Origin: Faecalibacterium sp. UBA7177
GTDB taxonomy: Bacteria; Bacillota; Clostridia; Oscillospirales; Ruminococcaceae
Reading direction: 5' to 3'
Assembly: GCA_002491225.1 (NCBI GenBank)
Contig: DKVN01000108.1
Span: 5,249-56,759 of the forward strand
DNA length: 51,511 nucleotides
The position numbers and the translations under genes are program-made. The notes beneath the pieces were generated by a model that had not been told where the DNA came from, did not search any database, and saw only the letters and a program-made list of their open reading frames with translations. Position 1 is the first letter of the stretch. Each line of letters starts with the position of its first letter. Shown piece after piece: positions 26,106-34,183 of the stretch.

Positions 26106-27889
26106 CCCTGCCACCCCGCGGCGTTTGCGGGAGCTGAGCCCACCTCGCCCGCCGGGCCCGCCGCCGGGCGCAGATAGTCAAACCGCGTCTGCACCCGCTG
26201 GCGCCCCTTGTGGATGGCGTACACCGCCATCGGGATCGCCGTCTTGGGGCAGATGAGGTTGGTGTTGGGGTCGGGGATCAGCACCTCGCCCCGGCCGCCC
26301 CCCTCAAGGGAGACGGCGGTGCAAAAGTCCCTCTCGCAGCGCACGGTAGCGGCGGGGCCCTCGGCGGCGCGGGCGGTCTCTTGCCGGTCGTCCGCCGGGA
26401 GGGCAAAGCCGCAGTCGTAGGCCTCGCAGGCAAACTCGCTCTCGATGGTGTGCTCCCGGAGATGCCCCTCCGGGGTGGGCAGGATCCGGGTGGTCACCCG
26501 GATGCCCTCGAGGGGGGACCAGCGGACCGTGATCCCCTCCTCCCCGATGATGTAGTCCGGCTCGGCCACATCCTTGACATAGAAAAGCCGCCCCACCTTG
26601 AAGCAGAGCATGCTGTCCGGCGCGGTCTGGGCCAGGGTGTAGGGCGCGCGGCTCACCGAGAAGCCGAACCGGCTGGAATAGGCGAACTTGCAGTACTTTT
26701 CCACCGTGTGGCTGTGCTCGTCCAGTTCGGTGCGGCCGGGCACCAGGGCCACCACATTGCCCGCGTCCCGCTGCAAAATCATGTTGGCGTGGGGCAGGTA
26801 GCGGCAGGGGGACAGCGCGGGCAGCGGCGCGCACGCGGCCGCCCAGAAGGGGTGATCGTCCGGCAAAGCCAGAAAGGCGAAGCTGAAAAAGGCCCAGTAG
26901 GGGCTGCCCGGCGCGTTGTAGCTCTCGGCCATCTGCAGGTTGGGGTAGCCGTAGCCGATGCTCAGCACCCCGGCGTTGTCAAAAATGGGCCGATTGAGCC
27001 ACCAGACGAGATGCCGCACCAAAAGCCCTTTCAGCACCGGCAGCGGCAGCACCTCCTCACCCGCCAAAAGGCTCACCGCAAAAAAAGACGCCTGCGCAAA
27101 CCGGTAGGTCATCGAGCGCCCGTAGGCGATGGCCGCGCCGTCGTTTGCGAACCAGTGCAGGAAGTCCTGCGCAAATTCGTGCGCCCGCTGGCGAAACTGC
27201 GCGCAGCGCTCAGGATCCTCCCGCTGCATAAAGATGGCGTAGAGCAGCCCGAAGGACACCATTACAAAGGGGTTGTAATAGTCCTTTTCGCCGCCCGCGC
27301 CGTCCCGGTACCAGCCGCCCGCGTCGTAGTAGTCCTCCATCATGGCAAGGCCGCTCTCGATCCGCTCCCGGCTGTAGGGGCGGCCCACCACCTTTAATGC
27401 CAGGTTGGTCAGCACCGCGAACCACTGCCAGTTGCAGGCGCAGCACTCATGCCGGTCGATCTCCCACAGCCACTCGGTCAAATCGTCCTTCGCCCTGGCC
27501 GAGAGCGGGTCCCACACCCGCTTTTGCGCAAACAGCAGCCCGTAGGCGATGGCCGGCATCTCGCAGAACTTCTGGTCAAAGTCCCGGCAGGTGTGCCAGT
27601 AGTCGGGGTGGGCGGGGTCGGGGCCGTGGGTCAGCCCGGCGGCGATCAGCGCTTCAAACCCGGCGTCCCGCCCGCCGCCCGCCCAAAAGGGGACCAGCCC
27701 CCAGAGCGGCCGGGCAAAGGCCTCCATCGGCATCGCGTCGTTCTCGTAGTGGGCGCTGGTGGCCCCCAGCTCCACCCGCGCGCCGCCGGGGCTGTAAAAG
27801 GGCTTCAGGGGGTCCAGCAGCCGCAACAGGCTTGTTTGGGCCGCGGATTTTGAGGCGAAGTCCGCCTCGGTATAATGGTAGCGTTCCAT
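26102..27889 (-). CDS. DUF2264-like protein (glycan-utilisation context)
   Basis: MERYHYTEADFASK..LLDPLKPFYSPGGARVELGATSAHYENDAMPMEAFARPLWGL is DUF2264-like. ATG at 27889 after AAGGGGGA. The ORF-track extension to 28051 was rejected. Confidence 0.6.
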   Translation of the reverse strand: MERYHYTEADFASKSAAQTSLLRLLDPLKPFYSPGGARVELGATSAHYENDAMPMEAFARPLWGLVPFWAGGGRDAGFEALIAAGLTHGPDPAHPDYWHTCRDFDQKFCEMPAIAYGLLFAQKRVWDPLSARAKDDLTEWLWEIDRHECCACNWQWFAVLTNLALKVVGRPYSRERIESGLAMMEDYYDAGGWYRDGAGGEKDYYNPFVMVSFGLLYAIFMQREDPERCAQFRQRAHEFAQDFLHWFANDGAAIAYGRSMTYRFAQASFFAVSLLAGEEVLPLPVLKGLLVRHLVWWLNRPIFDNAGVLSIGYGYPNLQMAESYNAPGSPYWAFFSFAFLALPDDHPFWAAACAPLPALSPCRYLPHANMILQRDAGNVVALVPGRTELDEHSHTVEKYCKFAYSSRFGFSVSRAPYTLAQTAPDSMLCFKVGRLFYVKDVAEPDYIIGEEGITVRWSPLEGIRVTTRILPTPEGHLREHTIESEFACEAYDCGFALPADDRQETARAAEGPAATVRCERDFCTAVSLEGGGRGEVLIPDPNTNLICPKTAIPMAVYAIHKGRQRVQTRFDYLRPAAGPAGEVGSAPANAAGWQG

Positions 27890-27992
27890 CGTGATGGCAT
27901 CCCCCTTTTGTGGTGGTCGTTTGATTTGAATCATATGGCCTTTGGTGCCGCTTGTCAAGGACAAAAACAGCAAGATGGCGTGAGCGGCGCTC

Positions 27993-28021
27993 TTGTGCAA
28001 TCGGGGCCGGTATGCTACAAT
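27993..28021 (+). promoter_or_regulatory. Extended -10 promoter, probably the native ychF promoter, now separated from ychF by the island
   Basis: TTGTGC (27993..27998), 17-nt spacer, TGcTACAAT (28013..28021). Downstream are GAGGAGA and ATGAAATTAGGTATCG (28097), a copy of the ychF start. Confidence 0.55.
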
Positions 28022-28096
28022 GAGCAGGTACATCCACGGTGAAAACCGCAACGATAAACCGAACCACCGACCAGATCGAGGAGACGTGAGAAAACC

Positions 28097-28112
28097 ATGA
28101 AATTAGGTATCG
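28097..28112 (+). repeat. Left copy of the putative att core (ychF start codon region); opens a 12-codon remnant ORF
   Basis: 15 of 16 nt match 41862..41877. Reads MKLGIGVSEPVS-stop (28097..28135). Confidence 0.7.
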
Positions 28113-28241
28113 GCGTATCCGAGCCGGTTTCATAAGGATCTCCGCCTCTGTGATGAAAGCCGCTGACGCTTGAAAACATTGACTTTTATAGAAGACCGGG
28201 CAGAATAAAACCCACCGGTTTTCACTGCGGATCCATACGCC

Positions 28242-28263
28242 AATGGCGTAAAAATGGAGTAGA
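28242..28263 (+). repeat. Perfect 22-bp direct repeat, left copy (partner at 41776..41797)
   Basis: aatggcgtaaaaatggagtaga is present at both island ends, inside the ychF-start repeats. Confidence 0.9.
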
Positions 28264-28320
28264 AAATTTAACGGATTTACAGGGCAAAAAGGCCACCACT
28301 ACACAAGCGAAAATGAACGA

Positions 28321-28354
28321 CAACAGGCATGACTGGCTTTGGTCATGCCTGTTG
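28321..28354. terminator. 13-bp perfect hairpin at the left island end
   Basis: caacaggcatgac (28321..28333), 8-nt loop, gtcatgcctgttg (28342..28354). T-rich tracts follow on both strands. It lies ~150 nt downstream of the last gene of the minus-strand defence block. Confidence 0.6.
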
Positions 28355-28506
28355 CTTTGTTGCCTTTCGGGGAGAATATAGATGAAACCACCTTCGCGCC
28401 GTTTGTTTTTGCTTGTGCGTATTTATGACAAGACTAATAGCTTAAATCCCGTTGGGATAGTTTAGAGCCTCTGGGGTTCTTAATTTAACCATCGAAGTCT
28501 TTTAAC

Positions 28507-28986
28507 TTATACGGATTTTGTCATGGAGTTTATCAAAAAGACCAGTATCAGCCAAATGAAAAAAACATTGACAGCAAATAGAGCGCACGACAATGCGGAT
28601 AAGACTTTTGGTATAATCGCAAGCCAAAATGTACCGTACTGCCATTGAACGAGCATTTCCTGTATTGCTTGAAAGTCCATATCTAGAAGATAGACAGCAC
28701 TGATTGCTATGGTTGCTAAACCGCAAAAACCTGCTATGCGTAAATAGGATGCCAAGACACCCAAACCAGTTTTCGTCTTAATTTCAATATCCCGTTGCCG
28801 CTTTAATTTGTCCGCGAAGTCACTTCCGAGGATGACAGATGCGGCACCGATATACACTGCCAGAGCAATGGAAACTACAGAAATTGCAGCCTCGGATATT
28901 TTTGAATAATCTGCATCCAATAAAAACGCTACAACCAAGATTGTCACAAATATGGAGGCTCCAGCATTTCGATGTCGTTTATACAT
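28507..28986 (-). CDS. Unknown multi-pass membrane protein (159 aa), candidate effector
   Basis: 4-5 hydrophobic segments (SIFVTILVVAFLL; AISVVSIALAVYIGAASVIL; GVLASYLRIAGFCGLATIAISAVYLL; FWLAIIPKVLSALSCALFAVNVFFIWLILVFLI). GAGGAA RBS 6 nt upstream. The ATG lies 2 nt after the upstream stop. Confidence 0.75.
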   Translation of the reverse strand: MYKRHRNAGASIFVTILVVAFLLDADYSKISEAAISVVSIALAVYIGAASVILGSDFADKLKRQRDIEIKTKTGLGVLASYLRIAGFCGLATIAISAVYLLDMDFQAIQEMLVQWQYGTFWLAIIPKVLSALSCALFAVNVFFIWLILVFLINSMTKSV

Positions 28987-28988
28987 GC

Positions 28989-29774
28989 TTACTTCCTCAA
29001 TTCTGCCAACAACAGTTGCTGGATCTCCGGTGGATCATAGTGCTCGTTTTCGTCTTTGCGTGGAAAAATCTCGACACGCTTGATCACGGAAGAGAAGTCG
29101 AAAGTTTGCTCAACGCCAGCATCGTCACACCCGATGATAATGACATCCTCAAATTGGTTCTTGTCCCGATGAAAACGATCAATTAGGGCGCGCCCGGTAT
29201 GTACAGGAATATCGCCATAGGTAATTTTCAGCTGAATTTTTTCAGGAGTGTCCAGTCCCCAGAGGTCTGATACTTGGTTGAAAATATCGCCATTTTGAGA
29301 AAACAGATTGCGAACTTGCGTATATCGGAACCCACGGATAAATTTTACATGATTGCAAAATTCATCAACTGATGCGTAGACATTGTTGATTTCAAATTCT
29401 TTCTGTAGTGCATATGAGAGGTAGTCCTTCAGCGTTTTCCGCCGCGTGAGGTCATTGATATACAGGAAATGTGTATGAGTGTCATAGCACGCAAAAAATT
29501 GTTGCCGAGGCTCCACTTGGCTCTTGTTTCGTGGATTTGGCTCCAATTCGCCGGTATCCTGATTTACCACATAATCGCGAAAACTGACTGCATCATCATA
29601 ATCACATGCCAACCAGAAAAAACGTTCATCAATGACACATGTATCAATGACATACAGATTTTTCTGACCGTCCGGCTGAAACGTTTTGGGTCCTATATCA
29701 CATACTCGCTTTAGGTCATCCAACTCGGCCTCTCTTGTGCCGTCAATACGAAGTAAAAATGTGCCAAATCGCAT
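28989..29774 (-). CDS. Unknown soluble protein (261 aa), no recognisable family
   Basis: ATG at 29774 lies 6 nt after GAGGTG (preferred over the track GTG at 29783) and 29 nt after the hsdR stop. No P-loop, HD, HNH or obvious PD-(D/E)xK motif seen. Non-repetitive, globular-looking sequence. Confidence 0.75.
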   Translation of the reverse strand: MRFGTFLLRIDGTREAELDDLKRVCDIGPKTFQPDGQKNLYVIDTCVIDERFFWLACDYDDAVSFRDYVVNQDTGELEPNPRNKSQVEPRQQFFACYDTHTHFLYINDLTRRKTLKDYLSYALQKEFEINNVYASVDEFCNHVKFIRGFRYTQVRNLFSQNGDIFNQVSDLWGLDTPEKIQLKITYGDIPVHTGRALIDRFHRDKNQFEDVIIIGCDDAGVEQTFDFSSVIKRVEIFPRKDENEHYDPPEIQQLLLAELRK

Positions 29775-29803
29775 GCTATACACCTCGCTCTTTGCTTGGC
29801 CGT

Positions 29804-32800
29804 TTATGAAATATCAAATCCGCCTTCAAGAATAAACCTTCTCAGCATTTGGTCAATCTTCATGTTGATCTGGAATTTCTTGATAGGTTTGCCCTCCATC
29901 ATTTCAAGGAAAGCTTTCGCCTTTTCCTGATCCACGGTTGCCTTCAATGTGTCAAATTTACCAAACTCATTGATATTGGCTTCTGTGATCTTCGACTGCA
30001 TAAAACTACGCAGTATCGTTTCATCAACTCCGATGGCAGTAGAAAAACGATGGATTTGGTCATTTTTAGCACTGGTCATATACTCTGTAATATAATCACG
30101 GAGCGTTCTTCCTTCGTCAACTACCACATCACCGTTCTGGACATCGTGGAGGAAGATGTTTGCATATTTCTGCTCCTCTTGCGTGAGCGTTGCAAACGAC
30201 TTGTGAAGCTCATACAGCACAGCGGCAGTTTCCGCGCCATCCTGCAAAGCCTTGATGTACTTTTTGAACCGAGAGTTCATATAGTTTGCATCAATTACAC
30301 CGGTATTGATTTCCGTCAGGTAGGAGTCGATTTCATACGGCACATCCTCAACACCAGCTCCTCCGCTACCACCGGAGAACAATTCCTTATAACGCAAAGC
30401 AAGAATCAAGTAGGTGGTTTCATCGAAGTGCAGATCAACGGTCACTTTGCTGCCAGCGTTCTTAAATTCATAGGACAGCTTATCCCAAGTGAAGCCCTGT
30501 ATCTTAGCAGCCTCGAGATAGTTGTTAAGCTGTTTAAACAGTTTGGCGAATTGTCCCCGTTCCGCATGATCAACAGGCAGTTTTTCGAAGTTTTCAATTC
30601 CGGCGGCTCGGAAAATTGCCTCTATATCATCAAACAAGTCGTTCATCTTTCCGAGGTTATATTCCAATTTATCTGCAAACAAGCCAAGAGGCTTATCACC
30701 GGAATACAGCTTGAACGCTTCTTCGATGTTTCTCTGCATTGTATACGGCTTACGATAATAACGAATCGTGCCAAAGGGCTTCTCCGGACCGTAGAGGCGG
30801 TTAGTGCGGGAAAATGCCTGAATCAGCTTTTCGTAAACCAAAATCTTATCCAAGTATAGCGTGTTGATCCACTTGGAGTCAAAACCTGTCAGCATCTGAT
30901 CGACAACGATCAGCAAATCGATTTGCTGGTCGGGAGTGTGTTCAATTCCCTTGTACTGTTCTTTGTGTGCCAGACGATAGGAAATGTCCTTTTTGAAGGT
31001 TGCATAAGTCGCCATCTGGAACTTCATACCGTATCTGGTATTGTAATCTTCGATGATTTCAACAATGCCCTCTTCTTTGAAAAGCCCATTGCCATTGTTA
31101 TCGATACTGGGGTCAAACAAAGCGGTAACCTTCAGATTGCCCTTCGCTTTAAACAGCTTATAATACTGGATTGCCTCCGGAATGCTGCTGGTAGCAAAAA
31201 TCGCATGGAACTTGCTGCCATGGCTTAGGGTTGTCCAATTATCCAGAATATCATCCACTACGGCGCACTGATGCTCTTCGCGTTCGTACTGAGAAATAGG
31301 CAGATAATCTTCAATACCTTTCAAATAGTTGCCATCCGCCTGGACATATCCAGCCATCGGCACTTTTGTGTGATCCATATAATGCAGATAGACTTTTTTC
31401 TTTTTAGGATCTGCCAACGCTTCTGCCTCAGTCATTGCCTTAGCTCTTTCAAGTGCAACGGCTTTCCGAAGATCACGCTCTTTGTATGTTGGCACCATGT
31501 ATGGATCAAAGCCCAGGACATTCTTGTCCCGGATGCCGTCTGCAATACTGTACCTGTGCAGCTCATTGCCGAACACATCCGAAGTAGTGCTCATTTTCTT
31601 CTGATTTTCATCATGGATTGGTGTGCCGGTAAAGCCAAAAAACATGGCGTTCGGGAAAGTTGCTTTGATAGTACGCAGCATTTCGCCAAATACATCGCGA
31701 TGAGCTTCATCAATGATGAATACGACCCGTTTGTTCTGGATCAATTCGATGTCGTGCGCATTGAAGCCGTTTTCTTCTTCCACACGGCTCATTTTCTGAA
31801 TGGAGGTGACAATCAACGTGTTTGCGGGGTCATCGCTCCGCAGTTTTGCCACGAGAATATCCGTGTTTTCTGTGGCCTGTACAGAGTCCGTATCGTCAGC
31901 AAACCCGCGATAATCCAACAGGGACTGCGTGCCCAGTTCGACTCTGTCCATCAGGAATACAACCTTGTCGGCATCCTTGGAAGCCGCAATCAACTGTGCG
32001 GATTTGAAGCTGGTCAATGTTTTTCCGGAACCGGTGGTGTGCCAGATGTAGCCGCCCATCTGATCTTTATCAGCCCAACGGCGCATAGCAACGCGGCTGG
32101 TAATACGAGAAGTCGCATAATACTGATAGCTGCGCATAACCTTCAAAATGCCGTCGGTATCATCGGCAACGGTATAGAAGCCGATCAGCTGGTGCGCCAT
32201 AGGGATGGAAAGCAGATACTGTGCAATGTCCTTCCAGTTATTCAATGGCTCATTGTTGGCGTCCGCCCAGTGGAAGTAAAAGTCTTTGTTGAACTTTCCG
32301 TCTGGGCCGGGGTTGGCAAAATAGACCGTTTCATCCGGCTGCATGGCAATAAAAATCTGCACAAGGGAAAACAATCCGGAGAAAACACCCTCGTGTGCAT
32401 ATTTTTCGATCTGGTTGTAGGCTTGGCTGACATCCACACCGCTGCGTTTCAGTTCACAGTGAATCAACGGCATACCGTTGATCAACAGCATAAAGTCGCC
32501 ACGGCGGTTGGGCAAAACAGAGTTTCTTGCCTTGAACACCGGCTGTTCGGCAATCTGATAACGGCTTTGACCGGCGGCGATTTCCTGACGGTCATAGATT
32601 TTCAGACTGACTTCCTTACCAAAATGCAGTTCGTCCGCAGGATTGTCGCGCTTGACAGCAACGGTTTTACCATTGATAAAACCGTTGAGTTTCAGCGGCG
32701 TGCGCAGCCGGGTAATCTGGTCAAGAATCTGCTGCATTTCTCCGTCGGTCAGCGGAACATCGTTCAGCCGATCCACATCCCGGTTGTTTTCAAAGAGGAT

Positions 32801-32926
32801 CTGTTTCCAGTTCTGGATCAGCTCCTCTTCCGTTTTGTAGCGCAGAATTTCCAGCTCCCAGCCATATTTTTCTGTCAGTAAGTTGATAAGCGCCGTTTCA
32901 AAAACAGCTTCCTGTTCAAAAACCAT
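29804..32926 (-). CDS. hsdR: Type I restriction endonuclease, R subunit
   Basis: 1040 aa. HsdR N-terminal nuclease region, SF2 motor motifs (HTTGSGKTLTSF, FIIDEAHRD, FGFTGTP, LTGFDSKWINTLYLDK, QAFSRTNR). CAGGAGG RBS. Confidence 0.95.
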   Translation of the reverse strand: MVFEQEAVFETALINLLTEKYGWELEILRYKTEEELIQNWKQILFENNRDVDRLNDVPLTDGEMQQILDQITRLRTPLKLNGFINGKTVAVKRDNPADELHFGKEVSLKIYDRQEIAAGQSRYQIAEQPVFKARNSVLPNRRGDFMLLINGMPLIHCELKRSGVDVSQAYNQIEKYAHEGVFSGLFSLVQIFIAMQPDETVYFANPGPDGKFNKDFYFHWADANNEPLNNWKDIAQYLLSIPMAHQLIGFYTVADDTDGILKVMRSYQYYATSRITSRVAMRRWADKDQMGGYIWHTTGSGKTLTSFKSAQLIAASKDADKVVFLMDRVELGTQSLLDYRGFADDTDSVQATENTDILVAKLRSDDPANTLIVTSIQKMSRVEEENGFNAHDIELIQNKRVVFIIDEAHRDVFGEMLRTIKATFPNAMFFGFTGTPIHDENQKKMSTTSDVFGNELHRYSIADGIRDKNVLGFDPYMVPTYKERDLRKAVALERAKAMTEAEALADPKKKKVYLHYMDHTKVPMAGYVQADGNYLKGIEDYLPISQYEREEHQCAVVDDILDNWTTLSHGSKFHAIFATSSIPEAIQYYKLFKAKGNLKVTALFDPSIDNNGNGLFKEEGIVEIIEDYNTRYGMKFQMATYATFKKDISYRLAHKEQYKGIEHTPDQQIDLLIVVDQMLTGFDSKWINTLYLDKILVYEKLIQAFSRTNRLYGPEKPFGTIRYYRKPYTMQRNIEEAFKLYSGDKPLGLFADKLEYNLGKMNDLFDDIEAIFRAAGIENFEKLPVDHAERGQFAKLFKQLNNYLEAAKIQGFTWDKLSYEFKNAGSKVTVDLHFDETTYLILALRYKELFSGGSGGAGVEDVPYEIDSYLTEINTGVIDANYMNSRFKKYIKALQDGAETAAVLYELHKSFATLTQEEQKYANIFLHDVQNGDVVVDEGRTLRDYITEYMTSAKNDQIHRFSTAIGVDETILRSFMQSKITEANINEFGKFDTLKATVDQEKAKAFLEMMEGKPIKKFQINMKIDQMLRRFILEGGFDIS

Positions 32927-32941
32927 AGCTTGCCTCCTGTA

Positions 32942-34183
32942 TCAGACAAACATTTTCTCAAGCAGAGCTTTTTTGACAGATTGTAATTTATCAAGCTCTT
33001 GCTGACAAAGAACAATCAAATTCTCGATGTTCTCAAAATACTCTGCAATTCTATCCTGCTCATCCCGCTCGGGCAACTGAATAGTTACGGTTGTATATTC
33101 TTCGTATGAAATATTAAGCAAACCATCCATTCGTGCTCCCGAGGTAACGAGCTTACGTAACTGCTTTTCTGTTTCTTTATTGTTCAAAACCCTGGATACA
33201 AAATAGGGGTTGTGCTCGCTTATAGTAAAACAATGATACACATATGGTATTCTTGCTTCATCCACTTCTAAAGCAAAACACGAACCATACGGACGAAGCT
33301 TTGATGCGCCATGATTATAAGCCAGCTCACCTTTCTTCAAAACGATATACTTAGCAAGGCTTTGTCCAGCATTATTGAACGAGTATCTATCTGATTGATC
33401 AATAAAACCATTTGCCGCTGTTATCATCATAATTGGAGCTTTAGAAGTCTTATCCGTACGGATTATCTCGGAAGCGATATCTTTAAGGAATATAGTTCTC
33501 CATGGTTTATCGAATCCCTTAAAACGCACTTCCGGTACATCTGCACCACCTTTCGGGAACATCTTTTCCAGCATAGAGGCTTTTAGAGCATGGAGTTTTT
33601 CGAGTTTAGATTTACTTTGAACGATTAGTTTTTCCAGATTTGAAAAAATGTTTGTAACAGCTTGTTGTTCGTCGTATTCTGGAAAACATACTGTACCGAG
33701 TAAGACAGCATCATCACCAACGTTAATAGTGTTTTTTGCTCCTTTGCTAACAACAGGGAGCAAATAACCATTTAATCTTTTATCCAGGTTAAAATAGGTT
33801 TGGACAAACGGTGCATATACGGTGTCTTTCGGATGGTATACTGCATACAAGGCGGAAACAATTCCCGGTTTTCCTATGTTCGTTTTTATAATTCCGTAAG
33901 GTTGATATCTAAGAGGAGATTTTGTGTAAACTACATCATCGGTTGATACGACTCCATAATTAGTAAGAGAAGCTCCGGCAAAGCTCTTCCCTTGGTATTC
34001 CATCTGGTTAACAACACCAGCATCTCCGGAGACAGAAAGCACATCCTCTTTTTTGAAAGACTCATCAAAATTTTTGGTCTTTGATGTTTCCAGATAATAG
34101 CTCAATAATGCATTATTCCATTCTTTAGTAAACCGCGATATTCGTATCTGTGGTGCGTTATTTTTCTCTACCATATCATTCAC
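32942..34183 (-). CDS. hsdS: Type I R-M specificity subunit with two target-recognition domains
   Basis: Two variable halves separated and terminated by conserved helices (LEKLIVQSKSKLEKLHALKASMLEKMFP and IENLIVLCQQELDKLQSVKKALLEKMFV). Overlaps the hsdM stop by 8 nt. Confidence 0.9.
   Translation of the reverse strand: MNDMVEKNNAPQIRISRFTKEWNNALLSYYLETSKTKNFDESFKKEDVLSVSGDAGVVNQMEYQGKSFAGASLTNYGVVSTDDVVYTKSPLRYQPYGIIKTNIGKPGIVSALYAVYHPKDTVYAPFVQTYFNLDKRLNGYLLPVVSKGAKNTINVGDDAVLLGTVCFPEYDEQQAVTNIFSNLEKLIVQSKSKLEKLHALKASMLEKMFPKGGADVPEVRFKGFDKPWRTIFLKDIASEIIRTDKTSKAPIMMITAANGFIDQSDRYSFNNAGQSLAKYIVLKKGELAYNHGASKLRPYGSCFALEVDEARIPYVYHCFTISEHNPYFVSRVLNNKETEKQLRKLVTSGARMDGLLNISYEEYTTVTIQLPERDEQDRIAEYFENIENLIVLCQQELDKLQSVKKALLEKMFV

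Noticed and set aside
28113-28506. A tRNA, tmRNA or other RNA gene as the integration target at the island's left end. I also considered the 22-codon ORF starting ATGAACGAC at ~28313.
   Set aside because: I could not find a cloverleaf-compatible sequence or a conserved T-loop (GTTCRANNC) context. The 22-mer repeat does not resemble a tRNA 3' end. The tiny ORF has no RBS and spans the terminator hairpin.
28839-29186. Plus-strand ORFs inside the island that are antisense to defence genes: 28839..29186, 29849..30859, 31271..32881, 34203..35360 and 37218..37979.
   Set aside because: They have no RBSs, their translations are rich in odd residues such as C/F/H/I, and they are fully overlapped by hsdR/hsdM/abiE genes with strong motif support.
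32942-34183. A phase-variable Type I system (hsdS shufflon driven by the nearby integrase).
   Set aside because: There is only one hsdS gene, with no partial hsdS' copies and no inverted repeats within it. The integrase sits 6 kb away next to xis and the att site, which is typical of an element integrase rather than a shufflon recombinase.
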